A stretch of 64,000 bases of DNA, from the NCBI RefSeq assembly GCF_009914755.1, contig NC_060938.1; one strand, written 5' to 3'. Of the stretch, positions 13,656 through 26,511 are shown in pieces. Both the position numbers and the translations under genes were made by a program. The DNA is from the human T2T-CHM13v2.0 reference genome, Homo sapiens. The stretch's first letter is position 1; each line of letters opens with the position of its first letter. The notes under the pieces were generated by a model that saw only the letters and a program-made list of their open reading frames with translations, was not told where the DNA came from and ran no database searches.

Positions 13656-13838
13656 GCCTTTCAGCGGCAGATTCATGAGCGGCTCACTCAGCTGGAGCTC
13701 ATCAACAAGCAGTACCGGCGGCTGGCCCGGGAGAACCGCACAGACACGGCCAGCAGGCTGAAGCAGATGGTCCACGAGGGCAACCAGCGCTGGGACAACC
13801 TTCAGAGGCGGGTCACAGCCGTCCTGCGGAGACTCAGG
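13656..13838 (+). CDS. SYNE2: Nesprin-2 exon AFQRQIHE...LRRLR
   Basis: tgcag|GCC, AGG|gtgagc; 183 nt. Confidence 0.96.
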
Positions 13839-14529
13839 GTGAGCTCCTCTGCACCTGGCTCGGGTGTAGATTTTCCAGGAGACATAACGCACGATACGCA
13901 ATGGCAGGCTTGTGGCACAAAGCAGCAGGTAGAAGGTTTCACTTCAGGCCTGAGCTGTTTTAACAGTCCTCCAACACAAAGAAGCCCAAAGCTGCCAACG
14001 TTCGTTTTTTAAAAGGGGGATTTGCATGTGGGGCTTCTTAGGCAGGGCCTGTTGATGAGATTTGCGTTACCAACGCACAGCTCTTTTTACAACTTCTGTA
14101 ACCCGTGGTGGTGTGCATGTTAGCTCAGAGTCCAGGGCGCCGCTTCGCTGGGTCTGGAAAAGGCAACACGTGGGCCCCTGGAAGGAGCCCCGCTTTGCCC
14201 ATCTGTCTGTTTTTATGGGACCCCCCCCAGCTCTCGCACTGAGGAGGATGGACAAGGCACGTGAATGCAAGAGCCCCTGTCTGCACTGGGGGGTTGGGGA
14301 CTGTGATTATTCTCTGAATTTCAGAGCACACAAAGGTTTGGTTTTTGAAGGTAAATATTCACCTTAGATTTCTGTCATTCAGAAGATGTGCTGTGTAAAC
14401 CTGTGTGAATCCAGTTATAAACTGAAAGGACTGTCACAGGCAGGGACTACAGGACACAATTTTAATTTCTGCGTCTGTTCTCAGGGCAGAGCATGGTTGA
14501 ACCCATTCTAGAAAGATGTAAATCTGGGC

Positions 14530-14713
14530 TTTCTTTCTTTTCTTCCTTTCTTTTCTCTCTCTCTCCCCCTCCCTCCTTCTCAGGAAGACATTGGCTTTTC
14601 TAGTAACCTAGACAACTCCCTTGCATTTCTTTCTGTCTCTCTCTCCCTTCCTGTCTCTCTCTCCTTTCCTGTCTCTCCGTCTTTCTTTCTCTCTCTTCTC
14701 TCTTTCTTCTTTC
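14530..14713. repeat. CT-rich low-complexity tract (expanded Alu tail)
   Basis: (CTTT/CT)n runs abutting a minus-strand Alu. Confidence 0.8.
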
Positions 14714-14991
14714 TTGACAGGGTCTCACTCTGTTGCCCAGGCTGGAGTGCAGTGGTGAGATCATAGCTCACTGCAGCCTCAAACTCCTAGGCTCAAGGGA
14801 TCCTCCTGCCTCAGCCTCCTGAGTAACTAGGATTACCGGCGTGCATCACTGTGCCTGGCTGATTTTAATTTTTGTGGAAATGGGGTCTCACTATGTTGCC
14901 CAGGCTGGTCTCAAACTCCTGGCCTCAAGTAATCTTCCACCTTGGCCTCCCAAAGTGCTGGGATCGTGGGTGTGAGCCACCATGCCCGGCC
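14714..14991 (-). mobile_element. Alu (AluJ-like)
   Basis: Reverse Alu consensus. Confidence 0.9.
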
Positions 14992-15674
14992 TCTTGCATT
15001 AATTATCTCCTGCCGATCTGGCTGTGGCTAATCTGCCTTCGTTTGGCACTGAAGCTATACTGATCTGAACATCAGCTGCCTATCTGTGAAGCAGTAACCT
15101 GAGAGGCATCCTTAATTGGAGGTGATACAACTGCTCTGAGTCTTCTTTCTCTGGGAAGACACATTCAGAATTCTATCAGTGAAGGCAGAAGGGGGCACCA
15201 GGCTGGCCTCAATCCTGATATCAAGGCTTTTCCATCTTGAAGCTACTAAATCCTTCCGTCAAGCAAAAGCTGCAGAAGGCCAATGTGTAAAACAGGCAGA
15301 AGGCCTGGCCTGGCCCCTCAGGGGGCTCTTCAAAGGACAGAGGAAAATCACTGATTTGGACTAGAGAATTTTAGAATTTCAAATGCTTAAGGACCTCAGA
15401 GACCATAATCAACATTCCCACTCTCTCCCCGACTTGCCAGCGTAGAAGCTGGGGCTCAGAGAAGTTGAGGGGGCTTGTTTGGTCTCACAAAGCCAGAACC
15501 AGACCCCAGCCTCTGAACAACATAGTGCTTCTGGGGCTTTCTGGGTACCCTAGAGGCAGATTTCTCCCTGAGTATTCTGGGTACCCTTTTCTTGTGGCCG
15601 AAGGTGGCCTTGCTGTCTGTCTGAACTCTTGTTCCGTGGTCAGTAGAAATGTGATTTCCTCCCCACTTTTGCAG

Positions 15675-15812
15675 CATTTCACCAACCAGAGGGAAGAATT
15701 TGAGGGCACCAGGGAGAGCATTCTGGTGTGGCTCACAGAGATGGACCTGCAGCTGACCAACGTGGAGCACTTCTCAGAGAGTGACGCCGATGACAAGATG
15801 CGCCAACTGAAT
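15675..15812 (+). CDS. SYNE2: Nesprin-2 exon HFTNQREE...MRQLN
   Basis: ttgcag|CAT, AAT|gtgagg; 138 nt. Confidence 0.96.
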
Positions 15813-16524
15813 GTGAGGGCTGCTGCTTCCCTAGCTCTTCTCAAAAGAACACACCTTTGCGTGGGAGAGCTGGCCAAGTGCAAATTTCACACGATACTCT
15901 GAGAGCAAATTTCAGAATTCTTAAAGCAGCCAGGCTACATCCCACCTGTGTACTACCAGATTATCACGTGCAAGGATACTGTTCTTTACGGTCCAGGAGT
16001 ATGGGTGTCACCAGTGGGGCCAAGAACAGAGGTCCGCTCTCCCATTGTTTCTGATATCTGTATGACAGGCTAATCTCACTGTAATTCTCTCCTTGGCCAG
16101 ATTTTGGAAGAGGTTGAGAAATGGAAATTTGCCTTCCCTAGTATAACAGCACCAGTGAATATTATTGTGTCAGCAAAAGCAAATGCCCATTCGTGGCTTA
16201 TTATGGGAAATGTTCTGTTCCCAACAAGTTTTGCCATGGCAAGTTCTTTCTCTCACACCTAATAACAGTAAATGTCCACCCGTGTCAAACTTTTAGAATT
16301 ATTTTAATTGGAAAAGCCAGTGCCCGTGAGGGGGAATATAGACAATCACTTAAAATTCTTAAAATGTCATTGTCACTTAGTTAAAAACTAAAGCTAGAGT
16401 AGTAGGTGAAGGAAAACAACAATAATGACATTTGGATGCTTTTCTATGGCCCTGTTAGAAGAAACAGGCAGTGGAAGCTCAGGGTAACTTTCTTTGAAAT
16501 CCTTTCTTTCTCCTCTCTCAACAG

Positions 16525-16719
16525 GGCTTCCAACAGGAAATTACATTAAATACCAACAAGATTGATCAGCTCATTGTGTTTGGGGAGCAGCTGATTCAGA
16601 AGAGCGAGCCCCTGGATGCTGTGCTGATTGAGGATGAGCTGGAGGAACTCCACCGCTACTGCCAGGAGGTGTTTGGAAGGGTCTCCCGGTTCCACCGGCG
16701 GCTCACCTCCTGCACTCCG
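16525..16719 (+). CDS. SYNE2: Nesprin-2 exon GFQQEITL...TSCTP (contains the conserved STAR region, EDELEELHRYCQEVFGRV)
   Basis: caacag|GGC, CCG|gtacgg; 195 nt. Confidence 0.96.
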
Positions 16720-17639
16720 GTACGGGCACTGCTGCCTAGAAATGGCACCTGGGCTGCTCAGAGTTTACGTGAGACCAAATTTTTAAAGAATTAGGGGACC
16801 TGTCTTATAATGGTTAATTATGGTTTATTTTTTGGTTGAAAAGAAAGGGCTATATCAAAACATTTTAATTTCCACTTTTATTAATATAGAGCCACAGTAA
16901 CTTACAAGTTCCCATTCCCCAGTGGAAAGCATGGCACTTCTGAGGCGCATGCTCCACGAGTCGCTTTTAAGTATTCCTCAGGGCTGGGCTTGTCTGGCAT
17001 GCGTCACTACCCCTAGAATTCTTGAAGAACTCTTCTGGCTTTTATTACATTAGTAACTTAGGAATGTATTTGCCCTTCCCTCTTTCTTAGAGGCTGGAAG
17101 CTTTTAGTATTTGTGCCTTTCTGATGCTTTGTTCTCACCTTGGAAGAGAAAACACAAGAGTTTCAAAAGCAACTTTGATGTTTCCCCAGACGAAAGGCCC
17201 TTTTGGGAAGTTCAGGTGGAGTTAAGGCCACTGTTCAAAGCGTACTGCCTTTGTGTGCCTGAAGCTTGAATGACAACCATTGACCGATACGACTGGCCAC
17301 TCTTTCTTTTTTTGTGTCTCCAACTGGCCACATTCAAATGTAGTTATTTCATCAGACACAGCCTCAAAAATTACCCCACAATTTCTCATTTTTAAGTACA
17401 GCCACTTAGAGTCATTTTTCTTAGACTGAAAGAGACGTTATGACACAAGCAGAATACAGACACTGAGCAATTAAGTTGGAGGATAAGAAAGAAAGAACCT
17501 GGTGCATCTGGTTGAAGTTTGAGTCTTACCCAGAACATTCAAATGTCCTTTTCAAAAATAGTCTGATTCTTGGAGGAACCTGCCATTAACCATCAATGAA
17601 ACTTTGGCCACCATTTCCTTATCTCCTAGATAAAGTTGT

Positions 17640-17825
17640 TTAACTTAGATTATCAAACTTCAGCTTTTTTTTCCTAAGAAAAAATAGCTGGAGGTTTGGG
17701 AAAATAACAGATTTTAGGCCCCACTCCAGATTGTCTAAACTGGAATAACCAGAAACAGGACCTGGGAACCTGATCTTTTTAAAGCTGCCTTAGAAATACT
17801 ATTGGCAGTTATTTTTGGAAACTGC
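17640..17825. mobile_element. MER5-like hAT DNA transposon remnant
   Basis: cagattttaggccccactccaga...ggacctgggaacctgatcttttaaagctgcc. Confidence 0.5.
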
Positions 17826-17907
17826 TAGATAGGCAGACTTCTCATGCTCTTCTAATTGCAGAAGCCTATGAGTTGATTAATTCTAACAACTGGATACTGT
17901 GGTTTAG

Positions 17908-18184
17908 GGCTTGGAAGATGAAAAGGAGGCCTCTGAGAATGAAACAGACATGGAAGACCCCAGAGAAATCCAGACTGATTCTTGGCGTAAACGGGGAGAG
18001 AGCGAGGAACCGTCATCTCCTCAGTCCCTGTGTCATCTAGTGGCCCCAGGGCACGAGCGGTCTGGCTGCGAGACCCCTGTCAGCGTGGACTCCATCCCCC
18101 TGGAGTGGGACCACACAGGCGACGTGGGGGGCTCCTCCTCTCACGAAGAGGACGAGGAGGGCCCATACTACAGCGCACTGTCAG
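17908..18184 (+). CDS. SYNE2: Nesprin-2 adaptive-domain exon with LEWD kinesin-light-chain motif (18100-18111)
   Basis: tttag|GGC, TCAG|gtaaca; 277 nt; encodes SVDSIPLEWDH. Confidence 0.96.
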
Positions 18185-18462
18185 GTAACAGCTGGGTTCC
18201 CAGCACCCTGGAAAGTGACCCGTTTGGCTATGTTTTTAGCCCCTTAGCAACACGGCCAGCTCTCAATGACCAAGAGTCCATCTTGTGGCCGACCCTGACT
18301 TCTGTGGTTTCCTGTGCTCTATCCTGCCCATCTCTTAACTTACCTGAGAATTGGCTCACTCTCATCACAGGTGGAATGAAAGGGGGAAAAAAAATGAAAT
18401 TCACATTCAGACACTAAGGTTACTCAGTGATGGCTCTGGCTGTCTGGGAGACTCATCAGTGA

Positions 18463-18748
<286 letters not shown>

Positions 18749-18999
18749 TACCCTCCCTTTCAGTTGAGTTTCTCAGAGTGTCTGCAGACTGAGCTTCTCC
18801 CTTTGATACCCAGTGTCCTGCTTTGGACAGTCAGGAGTTGGCTGGAAAAAAAAATCTTTCTGGTTTTCAAAATCCTTTTAATTAAAAAAATAAAGGGTAG
18901 TTTTCTCCTTCCAGCTGACAATGTTTCTACTGTGTGTTAATACTTGGGCATTAATCTTCAGGCACCTCCAGTGAGGCAAATGACATTGTTCTTTTTCAG

Positions 19000-19068
19000 A
19001 TGTAGAAATCCCTGAAAATCCTGAGGCATATCTTAAAATGACCACAAAAACTTTGAAAGCGTCTTCTG
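19000..19068 (+). CDS. SYNE2: Nesprin-2 DV23 alternatively spliced cassette exon (DVEIPENPEAYLKMTTKTLKASS)
   Basis: ctttttcag|AT, TG|gtaggc; 69 nt, symmetric phase 1-1. Confidence 0.93.
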
Positions 19069-19961
19069 GTAGGCCCCCGCCCATGCATGTGTCAACATGG
19101 CAGCATCCTGTGGCGCACACTGCATCCTCAACCTCGCTCCCATGTCGTGTCTACCTCTGCCTTCTGTGGACACCATGCGCCTTGGTCCTTGTGTCATGGT
19201 GTATTTACACTGCCGTACTCACCCATAACTGCGTGCTCCTTACAAAACCCCATCCAAGCCAGAGCCGTCTCGATGCCAACCCCCTCTCCTCCCTTCAGGC
19301 CTGTGCAGAGGGAATTTTTCATGGTGCCTGTTTTGATGATTTTTTTCTCCATCTAACTGAAGTCCTTTGGCATGGGCCAAGCTTTCTTCATGGTGGCTTG
19401 GTTTGGAACTGTTTCCTTGCTTTACTGGGATCCCCTGGTGGAAAGGGGTGGGGGGTTGGGGCGGTAAAGGGTGCTGATGATTTGCCACAGGAGGGAAAAA
19501 ACCTTCCTTTCCTTGATTTGCAGCTCTAATCCTCATCCTTAGCCCCATCCCTATCTGCCATGGTGGGTCGGGGAGAGCCCTGAGGAGCCTTTTGGTTCCC
19601 AAGTCCATCTTGATGTTCACTCTTCCCCTCACTCCTGAGAGGCCTTCTGCCATCTTGGTCCCCAGACCCGGCCTTGCCACTCAGTGTCCCTACCACTCGA
19701 GACCCTGGCTCCAAAACGCCACTCATCCCACAGCAAATCATGTTGGTCGTGCTCCGTTGTGTACCCATCTAGTGAAGGCACAGTGTTGCTGAGTTGCATG
19801 ACTCATCTCATTCTCTTCTGGGACATACTGACATTTTGCAAACATGCATGCTTTGCAAGGAAAGCTGCAGAACTCATTTTCATACTGTAACCTGATGCCA
19901 TGTCACCCGTGACCCGTTCAGTAGGAGAGAATAGACTGTCGCTTGCTGTCTTTCGTTTCAG

Positions 19962-20101
19962 GTAAATCCATTTCGGATGGCCACTCGTGGCATGTTCCCG
20001 ACAGCCCTTCCTGTCCCGAGCATCACTACAAGCAAATGGAAGGTGACAGGAATGTTCCACCTGTTCCCCCTGCGTCCAGCACCCCTTATAAACCACCCTA
20101 T
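19962..20101 (+). CDS. SYNE2: Nesprin-2 exon GKSISDGH...YKPPY
   Basis: tttcag|GT, TAT|gtaagt; 140 nt. Confidence 0.95.
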
Positions 20102-20412
20102 GTAAGTCTTAACTTCACTGGGAGTACAGCCTATGTCTGTGAGTCATACTTACATTTGCAAGAGAGAGAGATTTTGGTGTAAACTGCGTGTATTCATTCC
20201 CCAGGCATATTTTGAGTTGGTTTTCTTATGGTGACAGTGTCTCTGTTGAGCTGTCCATACTTCATTAGAACCCCGGCAAAACCGATTAGACTTAGAGATA
20301 GGTTCTGGCCAAAAACCATCTTTCTGTATGTTGGTGTGGTGTAACAGTCATTATTACTGTCGAGTCAGGTGTCTGTGCAAATAGTGAGCAAGCAAGGTGC
20401 TGGCTTTCCTGA

Positions 20413-20794
<382 letters not shown>

Positions 20795-20971
20795 TGATGG
20801 TGTGCTGCAGTGGACACGGATTTGATTCCTAGCCCTGCCAATCCATTGCCATGGTACCTGAGGCACTTCGCCTTGCTTCTGTAAGCCTTTCTCACCTGAG
20901 GCTAAAGCTATTTCACCTAGTAGTTGTTAAGATTATTGTGTATAAAGGTAAAAGAAGGTCCTCAGAAGTAA

Positions 20972-21023
20972 TGGTCGTGATTATTATTCCTGTATTGGTC
21001 GTGATTATTATTCCTGTATTGGT
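20972..21023. repeat. Perfect 24-bp tandem duplication (tggtcgtgattattattcctgtat x2)
   Basis: Read directly from the sequence. Confidence 0.95.
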
Positions 21024-22111
21024 TTGTTGTTTATAGCAATGGCTGTTTCTTCTTAGTTACATTTCCCTCAGCTGCCTTGAGTTCTTGGCATGCTCTGGCT
21101 AGGCAGCTCCTGGGAGGGCAGCCTAGGGCAGCAGCGAGAGAAATTAAGGAGAGAATATTGTTACATCATTGGAGGAGATTCTGCCTTTGCATGCTCAAAT
21201 CCAAGTCAGCTGATAATGGGCTGTTTGTGTCCAATTCAGAAACACTTCCTCTTGCTTAACAAGCAGGTGTCATTTTTAAAAAGAATAATAAGACAGGGGA
21301 AAGACCGCAGTCCCTGACCTCTGCTTTACATCCTTGGCTCATGTGGCTTGGCTATCCCTTCCTGTGATGACGCCTGTGTTCCTCACCTGGCCGGTTTCAA
21401 AATCTCAACCCTTTTGTTGTGTCTGAAGCCAGATGTATCACCACAAATCTGAAGGTTTTTTTTTTATTATTTTCATTCTGCACAAATAGGCCATACAGAC
21501 AGAAGAAAGACAAAGAAAGCAGGGCTTTTCTAAAAGGGACACATTTATTTTTGGAGAGGCCCGAGATAACAGCCCAATCGGCTGTGTGATAACAGAAGAG
21601 TCAGTATGTGCGGTGAAAGATAAACACTTGGTAACGAATGCCCCTGGGAGGCAGATTCATCCTCTGTGCATTTCTGATTCTGTGATAATGATGCCAACCA
21701 CCTCTACAGAGTGACAGGGATAACTAAAATTCTGTAAAACACTATGAAAATTCAAAGTGCTAACGCAGTAACCGTCTGGTAAGCTCAACAAATTGTTCTG
21801 ATTTGTTTCGTGTGGATCATTTGAGGGGTGTTTGGAAGCATGCCAATTGAAACAGACCCTTTTCTTCCCATCACTGACATCTCATCTGCTTCCCTCTCCC
21901 TGGGCCTTAGCTGAGGCTTTATTTCTGCCATCAGCTTTGCCAGCTTATAAATGCTACCTAGACACTAAAGCACCACTGTATTCCTAGCAAGATACCCTTC
22001 AAAGGAAAGGGGCCCATCTCATTTCTTCACTGTTAATATGAAATGAATCCAGTTGTTCTTCAGATATCCTTCATATCTACAGATGGTAACTTAAAAACTG
22101 GCTCATTCTAG

Positions 22112-22226
22112 GGAAAGCTACTATTACCTCCAGGCACGGATGGTGGCAAAGAAGGCCCGCGAGTCCTGAATGGCAACCCACAGCAGGAAGACGGGGGACT
22201 GGCCGGTATCACAGAGCAGCAGTCAG
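22112..22226 (+). CDS. SYNE2: Nesprin-2 exon GKLLLPPG...TEQQS
   Basis: ttctag|GGA, TCAG|gtactg; 115 nt; phases fit (not in the ORF track because it is short). Confidence 0.92.
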
Positions 22227-22921
22227 GTACTGCCTGTAACTGGCAGTCGTCCAGAGAGGCAGAGTATGGTATTTAAGTCCTTGCTCAAGAGAACATTCAT
22301 TAGATATTAACCAACTATACGATTCGCCAGAACTGGGGGACTTACCCTACAACAACCAATGTTATTTTTAAATCAGCGATTGGCATTCACGAACAAATTC
22401 CTAGGCTGTTCAGTGTAATTTGAAAACTATTCTTTAAATGTTGGTAAAATAAGCCTCCTGAGGAAGTGCAGGTTTTCACTTTCTATATTTGTGTGTAAAG
22501 ATCAGACTTGAGGATGATGATCAGTGTTATCTCAAGTGTCTCTTCATTCGACCAGCCCAGTAATTATAAAAGTAATTACTCAACTAAATCTAAAGCTGAC
22601 AGCATCGACCTGGTCATTTGTGGACCAAAGGAGAAAACTGAAAAAATTCAGCAGGAACTGAACTGTTGAGCTTGAAACTGTAGCACATAGACCTTCCACT
22701 TCATTCCAGCCTCTGTGGGAGTGTACGCCTCAGATCATGTGCTATTCCACATTCCAGGAGAAGAGAGAACTCCCAAAACCAGACCCTTCTGTCAGGGGAA
22801 TCCCCTACAGTTTTTTTGTTTTTTTTTTTTTTTTTTTTAACCACCCTGACCCCTAAGTAGCTGGAGGCAGAGAAATCTGTTGCATTATTGCTTTTTTTAA
22901 TTGGCGATTTTTTAATTCCAG

Positions 22922-23124
22922 GTGCCTTCGACAGATGGGAGATGATTCAAGCACAGGAGCTTCACAATAAGCTCAAAATAAAACAAAATTTGCAACAGCT
23001 GAACTCTGATATCAGCGCCATCACTACTTGGCTGAAAAAAACTGAAGCAGAGCTGGAAATGTTAAAGATGGCAAAGCCTCCCTCTGATATCCAGGAAATA
23101 GAACTGAGAGTGAAGAGACTGCAG
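22922..23124 (+). CDS. SYNE2: Nesprin-2 exon GAFDRWEM...VKRLQ
   Basis: ttccag|GT, CAG|gtgagt; 203 nt. Confidence 0.96.
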
Positions 23125-24150
23125 GTGAGTTAGAGGTGTGGTGGGGAAGAGGGATTCAGAATGTGCATGTGAACGCATTGCTATGCTGGACGAGCAGATC
23201 CCATGTATTCGTGGCATAGGCGCAGCTTGCAGATGGTGTATGTAGAGGTCACTCTCTTCCATTTCAGTTCCATAGTTGGCAAGGACATAGATGCAGATTT
23301 TTGTTTTCACATGGAAGAGTATCTGCAAATGATCCTGATCCCAGAGTACTGGGGAGGTGTGGCTCAGATCTCCAGAGATGGAAAAATCTGACATCCGAGG
23401 CATTTCTAGACTTTTCTGGAGGTGCTAGTGGACACTGTCAGGCAGTGTAAAACCACTCTTCCAAACTGTATGCTGCACAGTTACACGAAAGACTAGTGGT
23501 GGAATCTTCCTTGAAAGGGCTTGGGAAAGGACCGGCTCACCTACTGATGAATCCCGTGGCCTGACCTCATTACCCTTTTATGCAATTAGGATGTGTCACT
23601 TACATAAGTCCTGACCCCACTGGAACTAGCCCAGGGAGCTGCAAAGGGACAGTTTGAGCCCTGCGCTTTAAGGGTGCCATGAGCAGTAGCCTGAGACCCA
23701 GGGCAGGGGTTTTGGAGGATCCAGGTACCTTTCATATTTGTACTTTTATTTTACTATCTGTGTTAATATATTAGGGGTTACCATTCCTCCTAAGGAATAA
23801 CATTTCTGGCATTTCTAGGAGCAAATGCAGAATAACCACATATACTTTATCTGGAAGACCTTTAGTCGGTCCAGAAACATTAAGCCAGTTGCAGAGCGGG
23901 GCCTGTAGAGGTCAGCAGGGTCTCCTCCCTCCAGCAGGCCTCTACTTTGGGGCCCTGTTGGCCAAGTTCACAGACCTTAAGGCAGCTCCCTCACCTGATG
24001 CTTTCCAGCCAGTCCCAGGCGAGGTCACTCTCATTTCTGTGGCCGCAGCTTGGAAAAGTGTGTGGAAAATTTGTTCCCTACTGAGGTTCAAAATGAGCCC
24101 CTCCTCCCTACTTTCAGAGCTCCTAACCTCATCTTTTCTCTCTCTGGTAG

Positions 24151-24351
24151 GAGATACTGAAAGCCTTTGACACTTACAAGGCATTAGTGGTCTCTGTCAA
24201 CGTGAGCAGCAAGGAATTTCTGCAAACCGAGAGCCCCGAATCCACAGAGCTCCAAAGTAGACTCCGCCAGCTGAGCCTGCTCTGGGAAGCAGCACAGGGC
24301 GCAGTGGACAGCTGGAGAGGGGGCTTACGACAGTCGCTCATGCAGTGCCAG
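24151..24351 (+). CDS. SYNE2: Nesprin-2 exon EILKAFDT...LMQCQ
   Basis: ctggtag|GAG, CAG|gtacgc; 201 nt. Confidence 0.95.
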
Positions 24352-24659
24352 GTACGCTGACTCAGCAGCCCGCCTCCCAGAGCCGGTACCCAGGCCCACG
24401 TGGTAGGAGCAGCAGATATTTTTATCATCATCAGGCTGCTTCCGTGCAGCCAAATGTGGCTGGTGTCAGGAAACATGTGCTTTACCATTTGTTTCCACAG
24501 AGGCTCACCGGCCATCTCAGAGACCTACTCCCTGTCCCAGGTCTCGTCTCTGTTGCCCAGGCCCAGAGCCACTCCTGGAGTCAGGGTTCCTGCAGGCGAC
24601 CTGTAGGTTAGAGATGCCACCCCACAACTCCTCTTTTTGTCCTTTTGCCAGAGTGATTA

Positions 24660-24870
24660 AGAGACCTGGCCTTGAAGCAGAGGAGCAGTTACTGCTTAAT
24701 AGCCATGTGACTTTGAGCAAAGCATTGAACCTCCTAGACCTCAGTGTTCTCATCTGAAAATGGGAATCATTCCCATTTTCTTTTTAGAAAGAACCTTAAA
24801 AAGGTTCTTTTTAGGAGTAAATGAGGCAGTATGTATAATCCTAGCCCAGTACCTGACACAGTAAATGCAC
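24660..24870 (+). mobile_element. MIR SINE
   Basis: tgtgactttgagcaaagcattgaacctcc...cctcagtgttctcatctgaaaatggg...agtacctgacacagtaaatg. Confidence 0.7.
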
Positions 24871-25289
24871 AGCGGGTGTGAGCTCTGCACCACTGCCTAG
24901 CTCTGGCTGTGTCTCAGGGAACGTGAGCCCACCCCAGCCTGTCCTGTTGGGTTGTTTCCCTCTGCCACTGGAACCCAGCAGAGAACCCAGCAGATTGGCT
25001 GAGGAATGCGTGTGGCCTTCATATATAAAATCAGCTGGGCATCCCAAAGCCCTACCTTCATAGTGGCACTTTTATTCGCGGCCTCCTGGCACTGTGCTGA
25101 GTGTCTTCCTTCTTTCCTCTTCCTCATTTTGGGGCCCTGGCATTTAGTTTAAAGCTGGTCCTCGTATTCAGTGGGTAAGGCCAGAAAAGCAAATGACTGT
25201 GATGGATTGGAAGCAGTAAGCCATGTTCCTGGCACACCCTCTTCCAGGGCTCTAAGACACGGCCGCGCTCTGATGTGTTGTTTTTTAAG

Positions 25290-25418
25290 GACTTCCACCA
25301 GTTGAGTCAAAATCTGCTGCTGTGGTTAGCGAGTGCCAAGAACCGGAGGCAGAAGGCTCATGTCACCGATCCAAAGGCAGACCCCCGGGCTCTCCTAGAG
25401 TGTCGGAGGGAACTAATG
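25290..25418 (+). CDS. SYNE2: Nesprin-2 exon DFHQLSQN...RRELM (alternative upstream acceptor at 25248)
   Basis: ttttaag|GAC, ATG|gtaagt; 129 nt. Confidence 0.94.
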
Positions 25419-25999
25419 GTAAGTTTCCTCCCAAGGGCTCTGTACTGCCACCAGCCTCTGTCAGCCCCAGAGAGGCAGCACACTCAGGTAGCCTCGCCTA
25501 GTATTTCAGGAACTGTGCCAGTGGTGTTTGCCTGTAAATGCACGAGTTCAGCCCTAGTGTTCCTCCAGTTGGTGTTTACCGAGCTGCCCTTTGTAGTTCT
25601 GAAGCCAAATGACTTGCAGGAATGGAGAGCCACAGTCCACAGAACTGAGGACATAGGTGCTCTCGATATCCTGAGGAACTTAAGGCCATTTGAGTGGAAG
25701 TATTTTTCTCTCGTGAATCCTGCTCATTGGGGAGAAATATGGTGCTCATTTGCTTCACACCTGTGATGAGCTGAATGGGTTTTCTGTATCCACTATGGAA
25801 AAATCTTTCTTCTTGGAGGAGAGTCGTGTCCTGGTGTATTTGTCACTAACACACCAAGATGAGATTTCTGTATTCTCACTGGTGCTCAAGGTGACATTTT
25901 CATCCATAAATCTGTATGTGGTTTAAATATTTTAAATTTTAATCAGAGTGCTAGCCATTGTTTAAAAATACAGCTTCCTAAAATGTTTGCAAAGCAAAG

Positions 26000-26511
<512 letters not shown>

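Noticed and set aside
12249-15883. Minus-strand ORFs of 130-143 aa (12249-12680, 13476-13901, 15485-15883)
   Set aside because: Antisense shadows of GC-rich SYNE2 coding exons; no independent splice structure or recognisable protein
22064-22111. Upstream CAG acceptors for the GKLLLPP exon
   Set aside because: 22064 introduces an in-frame TAG and 22083 frameshifts; no support for use
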